A stretch of 64,000 nt of DNA, taken from positions 114,578,001 through 114,642,000 of the forward strand of contig NC_058373.1 of the NCBI RefSeq assembly GCF_018350175.1. The letters are read 5' to 3'. Source of the stretch: Felis catus. Taxonomy: Eukaryota. A model generated the notes under the pieces. The model did not search any database. It saw nothing but the letters and a program-made list of their open reading frames with translations, and was not told where the DNA came from. Shown piece after piece: positions 24,701 through 37,840 of the stretch. The position numbers were made by a program, and so were the translations under genes. Position 1 is the stretch's first letter. Each line of letters starts with the position of its first letter.

Positions 24701-26835
24701 TTTTTTAAAGTAAATTGAAAAAAAAAAAAAATCTTCCCACAAAGAAAACTCCAGGTCCAGATGGCTTCAGTAGTAAGTCCTACCTAACACTTAAGGAAAA
24801 AATAAGATAAATTCTACACAAAATCATTCAGAAAATGGAAGAAAAAAGGGACACTTCCCAGTTCGTATGTAAAGGTCAGTACTACCCTGATATCCAAATC
24901 AAACAAATGATTTGATTAGAAGATTGTAAGAAAAGAAATGAATCCCTAATGAACATAGATCCTTAACAAAATTTTAGCAAATCAAATCTAACAATAGATA
25001 GAAAGGGAAATGAGGCATGACCAAGTAAGGTTTATCTCAGAAATAAAAAGTTTGTTTACCATTAGAAAATTAATCAATGTAATTCCCCACACCAGCACAA
25101 TTAAAAAAAAAAAAAAAAACCTACATGATCATCTTACTAGAGTCATAAAAAATTTGACAAAATTCAAAAGACGTTCAGTAAACAAGAAATAGAAGGGAAT
25201 TTTCTTAACTTGATAAAGACACCTTTAAAAAATCTTCAGCTGACAGAATAATTAATGGTGAAAGACTGAATGTTTTTCTCCAAAAATTGGGTAAAGGGCA
25301 AAAATGTCTGCTTCACCACTTCTTTTCAACATTATACTGGAGGTCCTAGACAATACAATAAGGAAAGTAAAACAAATAAAAATATACAGATTGGAGGGGC
25401 ACCTGGGTGGCTCAGTGGGTTAAGCATCCGATTCTTTTTATTTTTTTATTTTTTTAAATTTTTTTATGTTTATTTATTTTTGATAGAGACAGAGCACAAG
25501 TGGGGGAGGGGTAGAGAGAGAGGGAGACACAGAATCAGAAGCAGGCTCCAGGCTATCAGCACAGAGCCATCAGCACAGAGCCCGATGTGGGGCTCGAACC
25601 CACAAACCGCAAGATCATGACCTGAGCTGAAGTTGGATGCCTAACTGACTGAGTCACCCAGGTGCCCCAAGCATCTGGTTCTTGATTTTGGCTCAGGTCA
25701 TACATCGAGCTCCATATCATGCGTGGAATGTGTTTAAAATTCTCTCTCTCCCTCTCCCTCTGCCCCTCCCACCACTTGCACTCTCTCTCAAAATAAAATA
25801 AAATAAAATAAAATAAAATAAAATAAAATAAAATAAAATAAAATAAAACAAAACAATAAAAAATTTTTTAATAATATACAGATTGGAAATATGTATATAT
25901 ATAAGATTGGAAAAGAAACGATCTTTATTCAAAGACATGATTGCCTATTTTGGAGATCCTAAGGTACCTGCAAAAAGCTTTGAAAATTAATAAATGAATT
26001 CAGCAAGGTCACATGATACAAAGTCAATATAAATCCATTGTACTTCTATATACTAGCAATAAATAATTAGAAATAAAAATATGGAAACAAGTAACACAAA
26101 ACTAATGGGTTCTTCAGATAATTTTACAAAACATATGTAAGGAACTCTATACAGGAAACTATAAAATATTACTATGTACAATTTACAATTAAATGGACAG
26201 GTACACTATGTTTATGGATTGAAAAACTCAACATTGTTAAAATATCAATTCTCCTCTGGGGTGCCTGTGTGGCTCAGTTGCTTAAGTGTCTGACTTCAGC
26301 TCAGGTCACGATCTCATGGTTTGTGAGTTTGAGCCCCATGTTGGGCTCTGTGCTGACAGCTCAGAGCCTGGAGCCTGCTTTGGATTCTATGTCTCCCTCT
26401 TTCTCTGCCCCTCTTCTACTCACGCTGTCCCTCTCTCAAAAATAAATAAACATTAAAAAAAAAATTTTAAAGGGGTGCCTGGGTAGCTCAGTTGGTTGAG
26501 CATCCGACTTCAGCTCAGGTCATGATCTCACTGTTTGTGGGTCCGAGCCCCGCATTGGGCTCTGTGCTGACAGCTCAGAGACTGGAGCCTGCTTCAGATT
26601 CTGTGTCTCCCTCTCTGTCCCTCCCCCGCTCATGCTCTGTCTCTCTCTCTCAAAAATAAATACACATTAATTTTTTTTAATTAAAAAAGATATCAATTCT
26701 CCTCAAATTAAGCTATTTGGGGTCACCTGGGTGGCTCAGTTGGTTAAGTGTCCAAGTTGGACTCAGGTCATGATCTCATGGTTCATGGGCATGAGCCCTG
26801 CATTGGGCTCTGCACTGACAGCATAGCCTGCTTGT

Positions 26836-26871
<36 letters not shown>

Positions 26872-27380
26872 CTCCTCCCCACCCCCTCAAAAATAAATAA
26901 ACATTGAAAAAAACATATAAAATATTTTTTAAAAATTAAGCTATTTGTTCAAAGGAATCCCAATGAAAATGCCAGTTGGCTTTGTTTGGTTGTTTGGAGA
27001 AGTTGACAAGCTGACTCTAAAATGTATGTGGAAACAGAAACTATGTAGAATATTCAAAACAATTTTATGAAAGAAGAACAAATTTGGAGGACTTACATTA
27101 TCTGATTTCAAGATTTATTAGAAAGCTACATAATCAAGACAATGTGGAATTAATGTAATGATGGGCATATAGATGAATGGACTATTATAGAGTTCAGAAA
27201 TAGGCCAATACATATATAGTCAGTCAATGTTTTTACAAAAGTACCAAGGTTATTTAATGGAGAAACAATAATGTTTTCAACAAATGTGCTTGAACAACTT
27301 GATACTCATATGAAAACAACTAACTTCAACTATTACCTCACACCATATGCAATAGTTAACTCAAAATGAATCATAGAAAT
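18760..27380 (+). mobile_element. Fragmented old L1 ORF2 (endonuclease through RT to C-terminal part) with nested L1 3' ends (~21700-22695 carnivore-type; ~22800-24485 L1MB-like) and about 19 CAN-SINE copies
   Basis: EN start (tttacattaagtgtaagtagtctaaatattccac), RT-region motif (actccaggtccagatggcttc) and L1 3'UTR motifs (cccaagtgtcca...gatgaatggataaa). SINEs at ~18869, 19128, 19357, 19516, 19940, 20668, 21022, 21128, 21926, 22695, 23028, 23274, 23721, 24490, 25396 (x2), 26258, 26472, 26718. Confidence 0.88.
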
Positions 27381-29500
27381 ACAATTTTTTTCGTATATTG
27401 ACTTTGTATCATATGACCTTGCTAAAGTCACTTGTTAGTTTTGGTTCAGGAGATGGGCAGGCAGCACAGGGAAGAAATTGGGATGGGGGTCACGTGTGGG
27501 GCTGCCTAATTTAGATCACGTGGTCAGAGAAGCCCTCCCAGGAGAGGTGACATTTGAATAGATTTGAAAATGGCAGGGAAGCAAGCTGGAGGGAGCCAGG
27601 CATGGAGCTCTCTGAGAGGGGACTTGGTGTCTCCCAAGGCTGCCTAGAATCTGCACTCACAACAGTGGTGGCAGTACAAGTTGTTGGCTGAGCTCAGGTC
27701 TGCAGGGAAGGGCCTTCTTTAGGGTGGAGGGTAATGCAAGCTGTACCCTCTAGACTGGCCACTAGACTGATTCTGGTAGCAGGCTTACTGCCTGGGGGAG
27801 TGAGTGCTTACTGTCTGGGTAGAGTGGTGCATAGAAAGTCACTTGTCACTTCCCTGGGGTGGCCAATGACACCAGCACCCTAGCTGGGGGCCCAGAAGCC
27901 TCCCTGATGTCTACTGGAACAGAGCTTGTTTCACACTATGATACTTGATATATTCATTCATTTATTTGCCTTCTGTGTCATGAGCTCCATGGGGACAGAA
28001 ACCCTCAAAAAGCAAGCAGGTGACCCCAGTTTCCATGTTATGAGCAATCTGGCAAGCCCTTTCCCTTTCCCCGCCCCCCCCCCCCAACCCTGTGAGTACC
28101 CGGGTATTCCTGGGAGGAAATCAAAGTGGAGGGCCAGATGCCTGGGCACACAGGTGGTTCAGGCTCTGGGAAAATACTTGAGTAGAAGGTGATTCATAAC
28201 TCTCATCCCACACAGTGAAACTGGAGACTAGACGGTCTATTCTTTTTTCATTTCATTCTCACAACTGCCCTGTATGGGAGACTATACTATTCCCATTTCC
28301 CACATAAGAAAGACCCAGCTCAGAGCTTAGATAACTTCCCCAAGGTCACACAGCGAATAGGTTGCAAAGTTGCTTCTCTCCAGGCCCCAGGGTCTTTCTC
28401 TCCATGCTTGTGCTTGCCCACCAGGATGCTTGGCAGGTTGAGCTTTAGAATGGGCTTCACCACCATTGGTGTTAGTCACAGCAATGGGGTGGGATGGTAA
28501 AGTGAGCTCCAATAGGTGTCCTGAGGGGCTGTTGGTTCCTGTTAAACACCAGGAACCCTGGGATAGGAGAGGGGACTTGGGTTAGAGCCTGCTTCATGTG
28601 TGGGCAGCCATCTTGCACTAGAAACACTGCTACTCTGAGGATCACTCAAGAGCTGGCCAAAGGCCCCAGACCCAAGGGCAGATCCATTCAAATGGAGGGT
28701 GAATCCTGTGACAAAGGGAATTATTAGCCAAGGGCCTCCCTTGGAGCACATGAACTCAAAGGGAGACCAGCACACTTAGTGAGCTGTTTAATATAAATAT
28801 AAAGCACAGGGTGCTGTGGCTGACTCATAGTAGGTGCTCAATCTCTGGTTGCTCTTATTTTAATAAAGACTTAATTTCCTTGTGCAGAAATTGAATTGGA
28901 AGTTGAATTTCCTTCTGAGCTGAGACCCAGAGTGCTCTCCAGAGCGGGCTATGGAAGCCAGATGAAATTTGTTCCTAATGGGGGGTTCTGTGGAAGCTCA
29001 GTAAGTAGTTCTATCAAATTAGCAGGCCCAACAGACACGAGGGAGCGGATTTCTTCCTGAGCCTGGGTCCTGCTATCCCTTGTCCCTTGGAAATCAGATT
29101 ATAAGGAGGGCAGGGCCAGGGAGGAAACCGAACTAACACAATTACCAGCCCTGGCTTGTCCACTTCAGCCTGGGAATAGGGCAGGGAGGAGGGGAAAGCA
29201 GAGGAGAGGCAGAGCCTCTCTCAGGAAGTTGCAAATTCAAGAAAGTAGACAGGATGAGCCTGTTTCTGCTGCAGGGCCCCCGTCTTCACCATCCTGTCCT
29301 GGGATTAGTTGTGTCATCTCCATGTTGTTCCCATGCAGTGCCAATAACAGAAGCCTCTGTCTTCCCCTGGAGATCAGTGTAGTAATTCCTTTTATAGCTG
29401 CAATGTCATCTAGCCTTGGCTTGAATCTCCCTCGTGATGGGGCGTTTGTTACCCATCAAGCCCTTCTGTTCCATTATTGATTCATAAGCAGCCTACTATT

Positions 29501-29730
29501 GGGGCACCTGGGTGGCTCAGCCGGTTAAGCGTCCGACTTTGGCTCAGGTCATGATCTCACGGTTCGTGGGTTTGAGTCCCGTGTCAGGCTCTGTGCTGAC
29601 AGCCTAGAGCCTGGAGCCTGCTTCAGATTCTGTGTCTCCCTCTCTCTGCCCCTCCCCCATTTGTGCTCTGTCTTTCTCTGTCTCTGAAAGATGGATAAAT
29701 ATTAAAACAAAAAACAAAATAAAATTTTTT
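29501..29730 (+). mobile_element. CAN-SINE
   Basis: TSD AAGC(A/G)GCCTACTAT on both sides. Confidence 0.92.
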
Positions 29731-30058
29731 AAGCGGCCTACTATAGGCAAGACCACTGATATCTGGTCTTAGGTTTGCCACAAACTAGATATAGAAACTT
29801 TGGCCCCAATTTCCCCATCTATAAATGAAATATGTGGCCCTGTGGTAAGCACCACGTTCATGTTCTCCATGTCCTTCTATCCTCTCCCATTGTGAGGCAA
29901 GTTGTGATTTTCTAGGTGGACTTTGACTTATCAAAGCACGTCAGCCCAGCACATCTTGTCATCACAGCCTTAGGAGTTGTCATAGGCATTGCCCTAGAAA
30001 TGGTGGTCCAAAGAGAGAAACTGAGGCTTACAGAGGTAGTATTTAAGGTCACACAACT

Positions 30059-30180
30059 GGGGCGCTTGACTGGTTCAGTCAGTGGAACGTGTGACTCTTG
30101 ATCTCGGGGTTGTAGTTTCAGGCCCCACATTGGATGTAGAGATTACTTTAAAAAAATAAAATCTTAAAAAAAAATAATAA
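30059..30180 (+). mobile_element. Short old-type CAN-SINE inside a MIR
   Basis: TSD AA(G/A)GTCACACAACT; tail ...gtagagattactttaaaaaaataaaatctt. Confidence 0.85.
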
Positions 30181-30609
30181 AGTCACACAACTAACGCTGG
30201 CAAAGCCAGAAAGGAAACACATGTCTTCTTAGAGTCACACTGTTGACTAATGATAAACTTATGGTTGGTTAACAGAACACATAAGGTCCTGAATACGTCC
30301 CTTCCAACTTCCATTCTGAGAAAACCCTCCATTGCAGTCTGGCTGCGAACCACATTAGGCAGTGGAGGAAGGGGTCTATGTATAGCTAGTCCATCCTTCC
30401 CTGGAACCAGCTTTGAGTCAGTTCCAGGGAGCCCTTGGCCAGTGCTGGGTTTTCAAGCTGGAAGGCCAGAGACACCATTTGAGGTCAGTGGCCCATGGGC
30501 AGGGTTAAGGTAGGTGAACCTCACCCAATTCCAGTATGAAACCAGAAGCACAAAGAGGAAGAGCCCAAGGGCAACCATGTGAGCAAACTCTCCCCCTTCT
30601 GTCTCTCTT

Positions 30610-31530
30610 CTTAAATATCTTTATTGAGGTACAATTCACATACCATGAAACACCCATTTAAAGTGTACAATGGTTTTTTGGGGCGCCTGGGTGGCTCAGT
30701 CGGTTGAGCGACCGACTTCGGCTCAGGTCACGATCTTGCGGTCCGTGAGTTTGAGCCCCGCGTCGGGCTCTGGGCTGATGGCTCAGAGCCTGGAGCCTGC
30801 TTCCGATTCTGTGTCTCCCTTTCTCTCTGCCCCTCCCCCGTTCATGCTCTCTCTCTGTCTCAAAAATAAATAAATGTTAAAAAAAAATTTAAAAAAAAAA
30901 CATAAAGTGTACAATGGTTTTTAGTGTATTACTGAGTTGTACCATCACTACAATCTAAGTTTAGAACATTTCATTATGGGGGCCCCTGTGTGGAGCAGTC
31001 AGTGAAGGATCCAACTCTTGATCGTGGCTCAGGTCATGATCTCACAGTTCATGAGTTCCAGCCCCACACTGGGCTCTGTGCTGATGGTGCAGAGCCTGCT
31101 TGGGATTCTCTCTCTTTCCTTCTCTCTGTGCCCTCCCCACTTGTGCTCTGTCTCTCTCAAAATAAGTAAATAAACTTAAAAAATGTTAAAAAAAAAAAAA
31201 GAACATTTTCATCACCGCTGGCCCCAGGTAACCTTTATCTACTTTGTTTCTTTAGATTTGTCTATTCCTGATATCTCATAGAAATGGAATATGCAGGATG
31301 TGTGGTCTTTTGTGACTGGCTTCTTCCCCTTAGCATGACGGTCCTCAAAAATCATCCAGGTTGTAGCCTGTGTCAGCACTACATTCCTGTTTATGGCCAA
31401 ATAATACTGCATTGTACAGATATACCACATTTTATTCGTCCATTCACCAATTGGTGGACATTTGGGTTGTTTCCACTTTCTGAGGGCTGTGCGTAATTCT
31501 TCTATGAACATTCACCAACATGTTTTTGTG
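30610..31530 (-). mobile_element. L1MB-like 3' end with two plus-strand SINEs (30679-30902, 30978-31200)
   Basis: tttattgaggtacaattcacatacc end. 20-bp TSD TAAAGTGTACAATGGTTTTT at 30659-30678 and 30903-30922. Confidence 0.88.
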
Positions 31531-34512
31531 CAGCCCTCTCTTCCCTTGGTTTATTTGTGCACTCATGTCATTCTCCTTCCTCCACAGGTTATAGTTCCAG
31601 TGTATGTGATATGTCTTTTGTTTTATGCGTTTATGATAAAGGTGCCTCTTGGGTGCGTGCATTTTTCATTTGCCTACATGGTATAGTGTTATGGTTCTTC
31701 TGTTTTCCTTTCCTCACTCAGCATTGTGTTTTGAGGATCCATCTATGTTGCCACGAGTAGTACATCTGATCCATTACTGCCAACTCTGTGTGGCCCTCAG
31801 GGGCGGGCTGCTACATTTTGCACACCTCTTCCCACAGGGACAAATACTTCTGTGGCACCACACACAAACCCACAATGGACATCCTGGTACACGTCGCCTT
31901 CAGGAGCTTGGTGAGAATGTCTAGAATATATGTCCAGGAACAGATTGTTGGGACACAGAATATGTACATACTTACTTTGAGTAGTGCCGGCGGGCAACAA
32001 GATTGGGGACACGAGGAGGAGACGGAATTGTTTTCATCCACTTTTCCCACAGAGAAATAAGAACCAAGACATACATTTGCCATCCAGCCTCGCAAAGCCA
32101 CAGGACACCAGTACTGAGATGCACCGTGCCTGCTGAAGGATAGAGATAGAATTTTATTTCTCGTATCTTTTTATTTCTTGTCTCATACTTCGCTAAGTTT
32201 CTAACTTAACACCGACTCCACTTAAATATTCTGGTCTCATAAAGTAGGGTTGTTCTTTACCCCTTGTGGATTAAAATTCCGAAGGAAACCTACTGTTCTA
32301 AAAACTTTGCATTGTTCTTGGGGTACAAAGATCTTTGACCGTATAAAGATGATTTTCTCATTTTGTAACTGGGAAGGTATCTGACTCTTGAAACCCTGGC
32401 CAGCACTCAGGAGTGCCAAGGAACGGCAAGGAAAGGGAGGGTTCAGATGACCCACTGGGAATTTCTAGTTCTGATTTCAGTGACTTCTGAGAGAGAGATT
32501 AAAATCCTTATGGATAGCGGAACATGAGAAATTTCTTCCACGGGCAAGTGCCTACCTTTGAGGATGATCAGCCATCCCCACAAAGCTCGGGATGAACAGA
32601 TCACGGACAGTCTACTGAAAAGGAGTGGTTTCTGGGTAAAGTATTCACTCAGAGCCTACCTTACGTGCCTACACCCAAGGGTGCCTCTTTCTACACAGCA
32701 GAAGGGCGTTATCAGAAGCCTTTTGCAAAGAATCCATTTGTATGTAATGTGAATCCCTTTGTCCTCATTTTGGTTTCCTACATTTGGATTTCTTGTGAAC
32801 GGGCTTTTCTGAAAGTGAAGGCCATACTCCTGCTGGACAGACCGAAGGTCTCTGGCCAGTCCCCACGAGCCCCTGGGAGGGCCCTGCAGGGAGCTGGGAG
32901 GGGACCCAATGGCTGCACTTCCTGCTTCCTCGGCCTGGCACTCTGCTACTTCTTTTGCCTCACCAGCTGGTGGTTTTCAAATTCTACCTCTGTGGAGCAG
33001 CTTCTGTGGCTGGCCTTACTTGGAAGTATTTAGGACAAAAAGAGAACCCAGCATTTCGCGACGCCGAGCTTCATTTCCAGTGTCGCGTCTCACAAATGCT
33101 GAGAGGGAACAGAGAGGAGGAGAGGACATCTTTGGAGAAGTCACCAGGACTCCCTACTTCCACTCGTCCTGAACATTCTGTTTAACACCAGCATCGTGGA
33201 CACGGGGCCAAAAGGTCGGCAGGTCACCGGACCTGAAAGAAGACATGATTAGGAGGACAGGACTCCTTCCTTATCCAAAGCCTCCTGCATGCTGGACGTT
33301 GTGTGAGGTGCTTTCCATGTACTTTCACTAACCCACACAACAAATAGCACCATAAGGGAAGACTCTGCTCAACTTTGTGTATGAAGAAATTGAGGTTCAA
33401 AAGCGTTAAGTGACCTGGCCCATGTCACAAGGCAAAGTTTACCTAAGTCTCTCTAGCCTTGGTTTGTACTTCCCCAGGCTAGTTTGGACCCCCACTTTCC
33501 ACCCCACCCGAGGCCCTCATTTCTCCCTGACTCACTACTTCTGCTATTCTAAGGTGACTGGGCTCTGACTCAGAGCATTAGGGAAGGAGGTTTCTTGGCA
33601 CCAGGAGAGGGGACACAGGGCTCAGGAGACAGTTTACAGATGGAATAAGCTTATTAGTTCCCTCTCTGCTGGAACTGAGGGGAAGCAGCAGCTGGAGAGA
33701 AATGCCCAGAAGTGGGCAGGAAAGAGCAAAGGAGGGACTGGGCACGAGAAAGCAGGGTCGACGCAGAAGCTGTTTCTCAGTCCAGCTCTCTGACCCCACG
33801 GCCCCTCAAAGAGGGCCCCACAGTGTGCCCTTGAGAGAGGTAGATTGAACAGCAGAAGCAGCCTGGGGAACTGGGCAGCTAAGCCACTCTGAGGGCTTAA
33901 AGTCACACTAGGGACTGAGAGGAAGAAAGTCCCTGTGACTGTGGGGCTCGGCAGGTGTCACAGATTTGCGCTGGCCTCAGGTTTTCCCTCCACATCCCCT
34001 ACTTCCCCTCACCCACTATGCAGGCTCCCAAGCCTGGCTGGTCATGGGGCTGGCGGCCCTGTCAGAAAAGGGGAAAGGAAGGAAGACTGGGTAGGGGAAC
34101 GTGCAGAGCTCTGGGGACAGAACCCATGGTATACTCAGCATGGGGGCAGGGAGAGAATAGAGGAGGAGAGCCATGGAGCTCAAATGCCTCCCTTTCTGGA
34201 CTGGGCGTTCCACCTGATGGAGCTTGCGGGGCTGTGGTGTATGGCTGAGCAGGTACACGGCTGTGCGTCCCACAGTTCCAGGAGGTGCCAGCCATGCAGA
34301 CCACAGTGAAGGGCAGCCCTCAGGGATAGGCACGTCACAGGCTGCAGAAGCCTAGGGATAGTCTTGCTCTCGGGTGCCTGGAGATAATCTTGAGGCTTCC
34401 CATCATTCCAAATCTTAAAGGTAGGAACCTTGGAGCTTGAGCACCGTCCAGGAATTGAAGAGGCCATCCCCTTTTGTGAGGTCAGGTGATCCTGGCTAGG
34501 GCCTGGCCAGCC

Positions 34513-34872
34513 TTTTTTTTTTTTTTTTTTTTTTGAAGATTTTAAGTAATCTCTACATCCAGCGTGGGGCTTGAAACTCACAACTCTGGGGCACCTGGGT
34601 GGCTCAGTCGGTTAAGCGGCGGGCTTCGGCTCAGGTCATGATCTCGCGCTCCATGAGTTCGAGCCCCGCGTCGGGCTCTGTTCTGACAGCTCAGAGCCTG
34701 GAGCCTGTTTCAGATTCTGTGTCTCCCTCTCTCTGACTCTCCCCCGTTCATGCTCTGTCTCTCTCTGTCTCAAAAATAAATACACGTTAAAAAAAAATTA
34801 AAAAATAAAAGAAACTCACAACTCCGAGATCAAGAGTTGCCTTCTCTACAGATGGAGCCAGGCAGGTGCCCC
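34513..34872. mobile_element. Short minus-strand SINE interrupted by a young plus-strand SINEC_Fc (34588-34810)
   Basis: 14-bp TSD GAAACTCACAACTC at 34573-34586 and 34811-34824. Confidence 0.92.
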
Positions 34873-36868
34873 AAAGATCCCCTTCCTGACTGCCAAGGCC
34901 TTGTCCCTCGCCCCACAGGCGCCAAAGGCTGATATGGCAGTCTTTGATCTATCACTGCATCAGCAATCACAGGAGCCAATTTCAATTCAATTAAAAACAA
35001 AATCTAAATGATCTCACTGTACACAAATAAGCTGATCACCTTGAATGATGCCAGAGCTTGGCCTTACAGGCCTGCTACTCCAATCACTCAAGTCTGTATC
35101 AGAAGTGTGACTTCTTTCCAAAGGAGACCCCCAGGCCTCACCTTGGTCCTCTGCCTTTTCATGTTCCTATCCCTCCTCCTGGCTCCCCTTTGCCCCTGTT
35201 GTCCAGTGCACCAACATCAGGATCAGCCCAGCCAACCCTCCTCTTCCCTTTCTATCGACTGGAATCCAAGAACTTGCTTTTTACCAAAAGAGGTAAAAGC
35301 AGTGTAGATGTTCAGGCAGGGGGTCCAAACCCCACGCCTCAGGGACGTCTCAAGCACACCTGCTGGTCTGAGGAGGAAGGAAGGTTGCTGACTGGACCTC
35401 AAATCGGGAGGAGAGAGAAGTCAGTGGGTCAGATGGAGCTGCTGACTGGACTCAACTGGCCTCACAAGGAATACCCTGATTCAACAGGAGACCATGCCTG
35501 GGGCATCCTCATGGGTCTCCCCACGGAAGCACAAGCTGGGGGAGCTGCAGGATTTGGACACTGGCCTGAGCAGAAGGACACGCTTGCCCTCGTGCCACCC
35601 CTTGCCCCACAGTCGGACAGACTTGGGATGAGGCCGAGTCTCCAGCAGCTGTTCTGGCCTTCCCCAGGAAGGCCAAGCCTGACAGCTCCTGCCCAGGAAA
35701 TTCCAGTCCAGGCAGCTGCTTGAGGAACAAAATGCAGGAGTTCCCTTTGGGCAGGAGAGTTTAAAACTGGAATAAAGATAAAGGGATCAGAGCTGTAAGC
35801 TGCTTCTCCCAGCTTGTTTTCAAAGAAAAAAATCTCACCAGAACCCAACAGCTAAGAAGAACACAGTGATTTGAACCCGTCTTCCTGGGCCTGCAGCTGG
35901 GCAGATACCATTTAAAATTTGTTCCATCCTCTTCGGTCCTGGCATGCTAACAACTCGAAACGGTCTGCTTCCATTCTTCAGTCCCTGCATACCTCAAACC
36001 TCAGCTGCTACCTTCTGGTCCCTTTTATCTTTTTTTCCGGTCACCCAGCCTGTTTGCTGCTCGTCTCTGAAAGTCTTCCAAGGGATTTATCGACATCTCC
36101 AGGGGCTGAAACATCAGGAAGGCATTCATAATACAGGAGGGGTCAGAGCTGCTGAACAGTGCAGGGACAGGTCACGTTAGTCTAAGGGACTGTGTGTCGA
36201 TTTTCTGGGTGGTGAGTGTGGTCCAAGCTAGGCTGACCTGGTTTTTCCTTTGCACAAGGCTCTTCTCTCTTCACCCTGCCTCCTTGCCAGCCATTTTCAA
36301 TCCCTGCTGCTGCTGCAGACTATAATCGGAGCCTGGAGTCACGCTGGGTGAGGGTGAGGAGATCAAGGTGAGCTCCTCCGCCCAAACAAAAACCCACATT
36401 AGGAGCAGCAAGATGTGAGGAGAGTACTAGCCTCAGAGACCAGGCCAAGCCATTTTACCCCTAACATGAGGGGAATGAAACGGATGATGTAGCTGACCAC
36501 CCCCCACCTCTTTCAGGATCAGGTCAAAATGCTAATTTGGGCCCAAACACTTCCGATGTCCTCCCAGTCTCCCCAACCCTTGCTCTGGCTTCTCTTCCGG
36601 CAAATGTGTTCCATTTGAAAAGCTTTTTCCCCCAAGTATAATTCCACTGCCTCTTTCCACCAGCAATTCAAAACCCTCCTGTCTCATGTTTCTCTGCCTG
36701 TCCTCTCCAAGTGCCATGCACGTGCTCTTAGATCTCTATTCCAGATCTGCCCTGAGGGGTGGGTGGGCTGGGACTGAACTCTGACCCTTTTGCCCCCTGG
36801 CCTAATCAGACCACTGTTGGTTTTGCTATGGCTTAGCTTCTTCTTGAATCAGATGTTATAGAATATTA

Positions 36869-36870
<2 letters not shown>

Positions 36871-36916
<46 letters not shown>
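36871..36916. repeat. (CA)23 microsatellite
   Basis: Read directly from the sequence. Confidence 0.97.
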
Positions 36917-36919
<3 letters not shown>

Positions 36920-37530
36920 AACAATCTTGCTTGGAAAACTCTGATCAAAACTTTTCCCTGGCACAAACACAGAGCATTTCCATGGCTTGCCACTTTCCTG
37001 ATCTTCTGGGGCTGGTCTAAAGCCAGATTGGGGAATTTCAGCTCTGAAGGCCAGAGAGAAGTTTGCTGTCCCAGCTCCTGAGGTCTGGGTCATCTCCAGC
37101 ATCACCATACTAAGACTACAGTTTAATGAAATCTGCCACTCCTTCCCTGCCTCCTGCAGACTTGCTGTCCTAAGCAAGGAAATGTGAGGCCCCAGCCAGG
37201 CCTGCCCTTTTTCTTAAGCTCTCAGCTCACAGCCTTTAGATAGCTGGCTTCCTAAATTGCAGGTGATGTCCAAGGCCCTAGACTCTGCTTTAGGCAGGTC
37301 CACTATAACGGGGATAATGTATTCTTTTCCTATGGCTTCAGATTAAGGTTTGCTAATAAACAGTAAATTCTTTCTCTGAGGGAGAACTTACTTTCCATAT
37401 TCCTTGGCATACCTCACTCAAAAAAGCCTTCTAGGTGGCATACACGTTATTAACAATAAGCAATGAAAGAGGATGTGTTAATGATAGCAACCATTTTAGT
37501 GTTTTGTATATATCTGGCACTGTCCTAAGC

Positions 37531-37608
<78 letters not shown>

Positions 37609-37840
37609 CACACACATATATATACATATATATATATATATTTTTTTTTTTGGTGTTTATTTTTGAGAGAGAGAGACAGTGTGAGCAGGCGAGGGGCAGA
37701 GAGAGAGGGAGACAGAAAATCCAGAGCAGGCTCCAGGCTCTGAGCTGTCAGCACAGAGCTCAACATGGGGCTCAAACTTGCGAGATCATGACCTGAGCCG
37801 AAGTTGGACGGTTAACTGACTGAACCACCCAGGCACCCCC
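37531..37840 (-). mobile_element. CAN-SINE (37641-37840) with a (TA)n microsatellite (37531-37640) at its tail
   Basis: TAAGCTATAT direct repeat flanks the whole unit. Confidence 0.9.

Noticed and set aside
35058..35723. 221-aa ORF
   Set aside because: TTG start, no recognisable family, and composition typical of GC-rich noncoding DNA.
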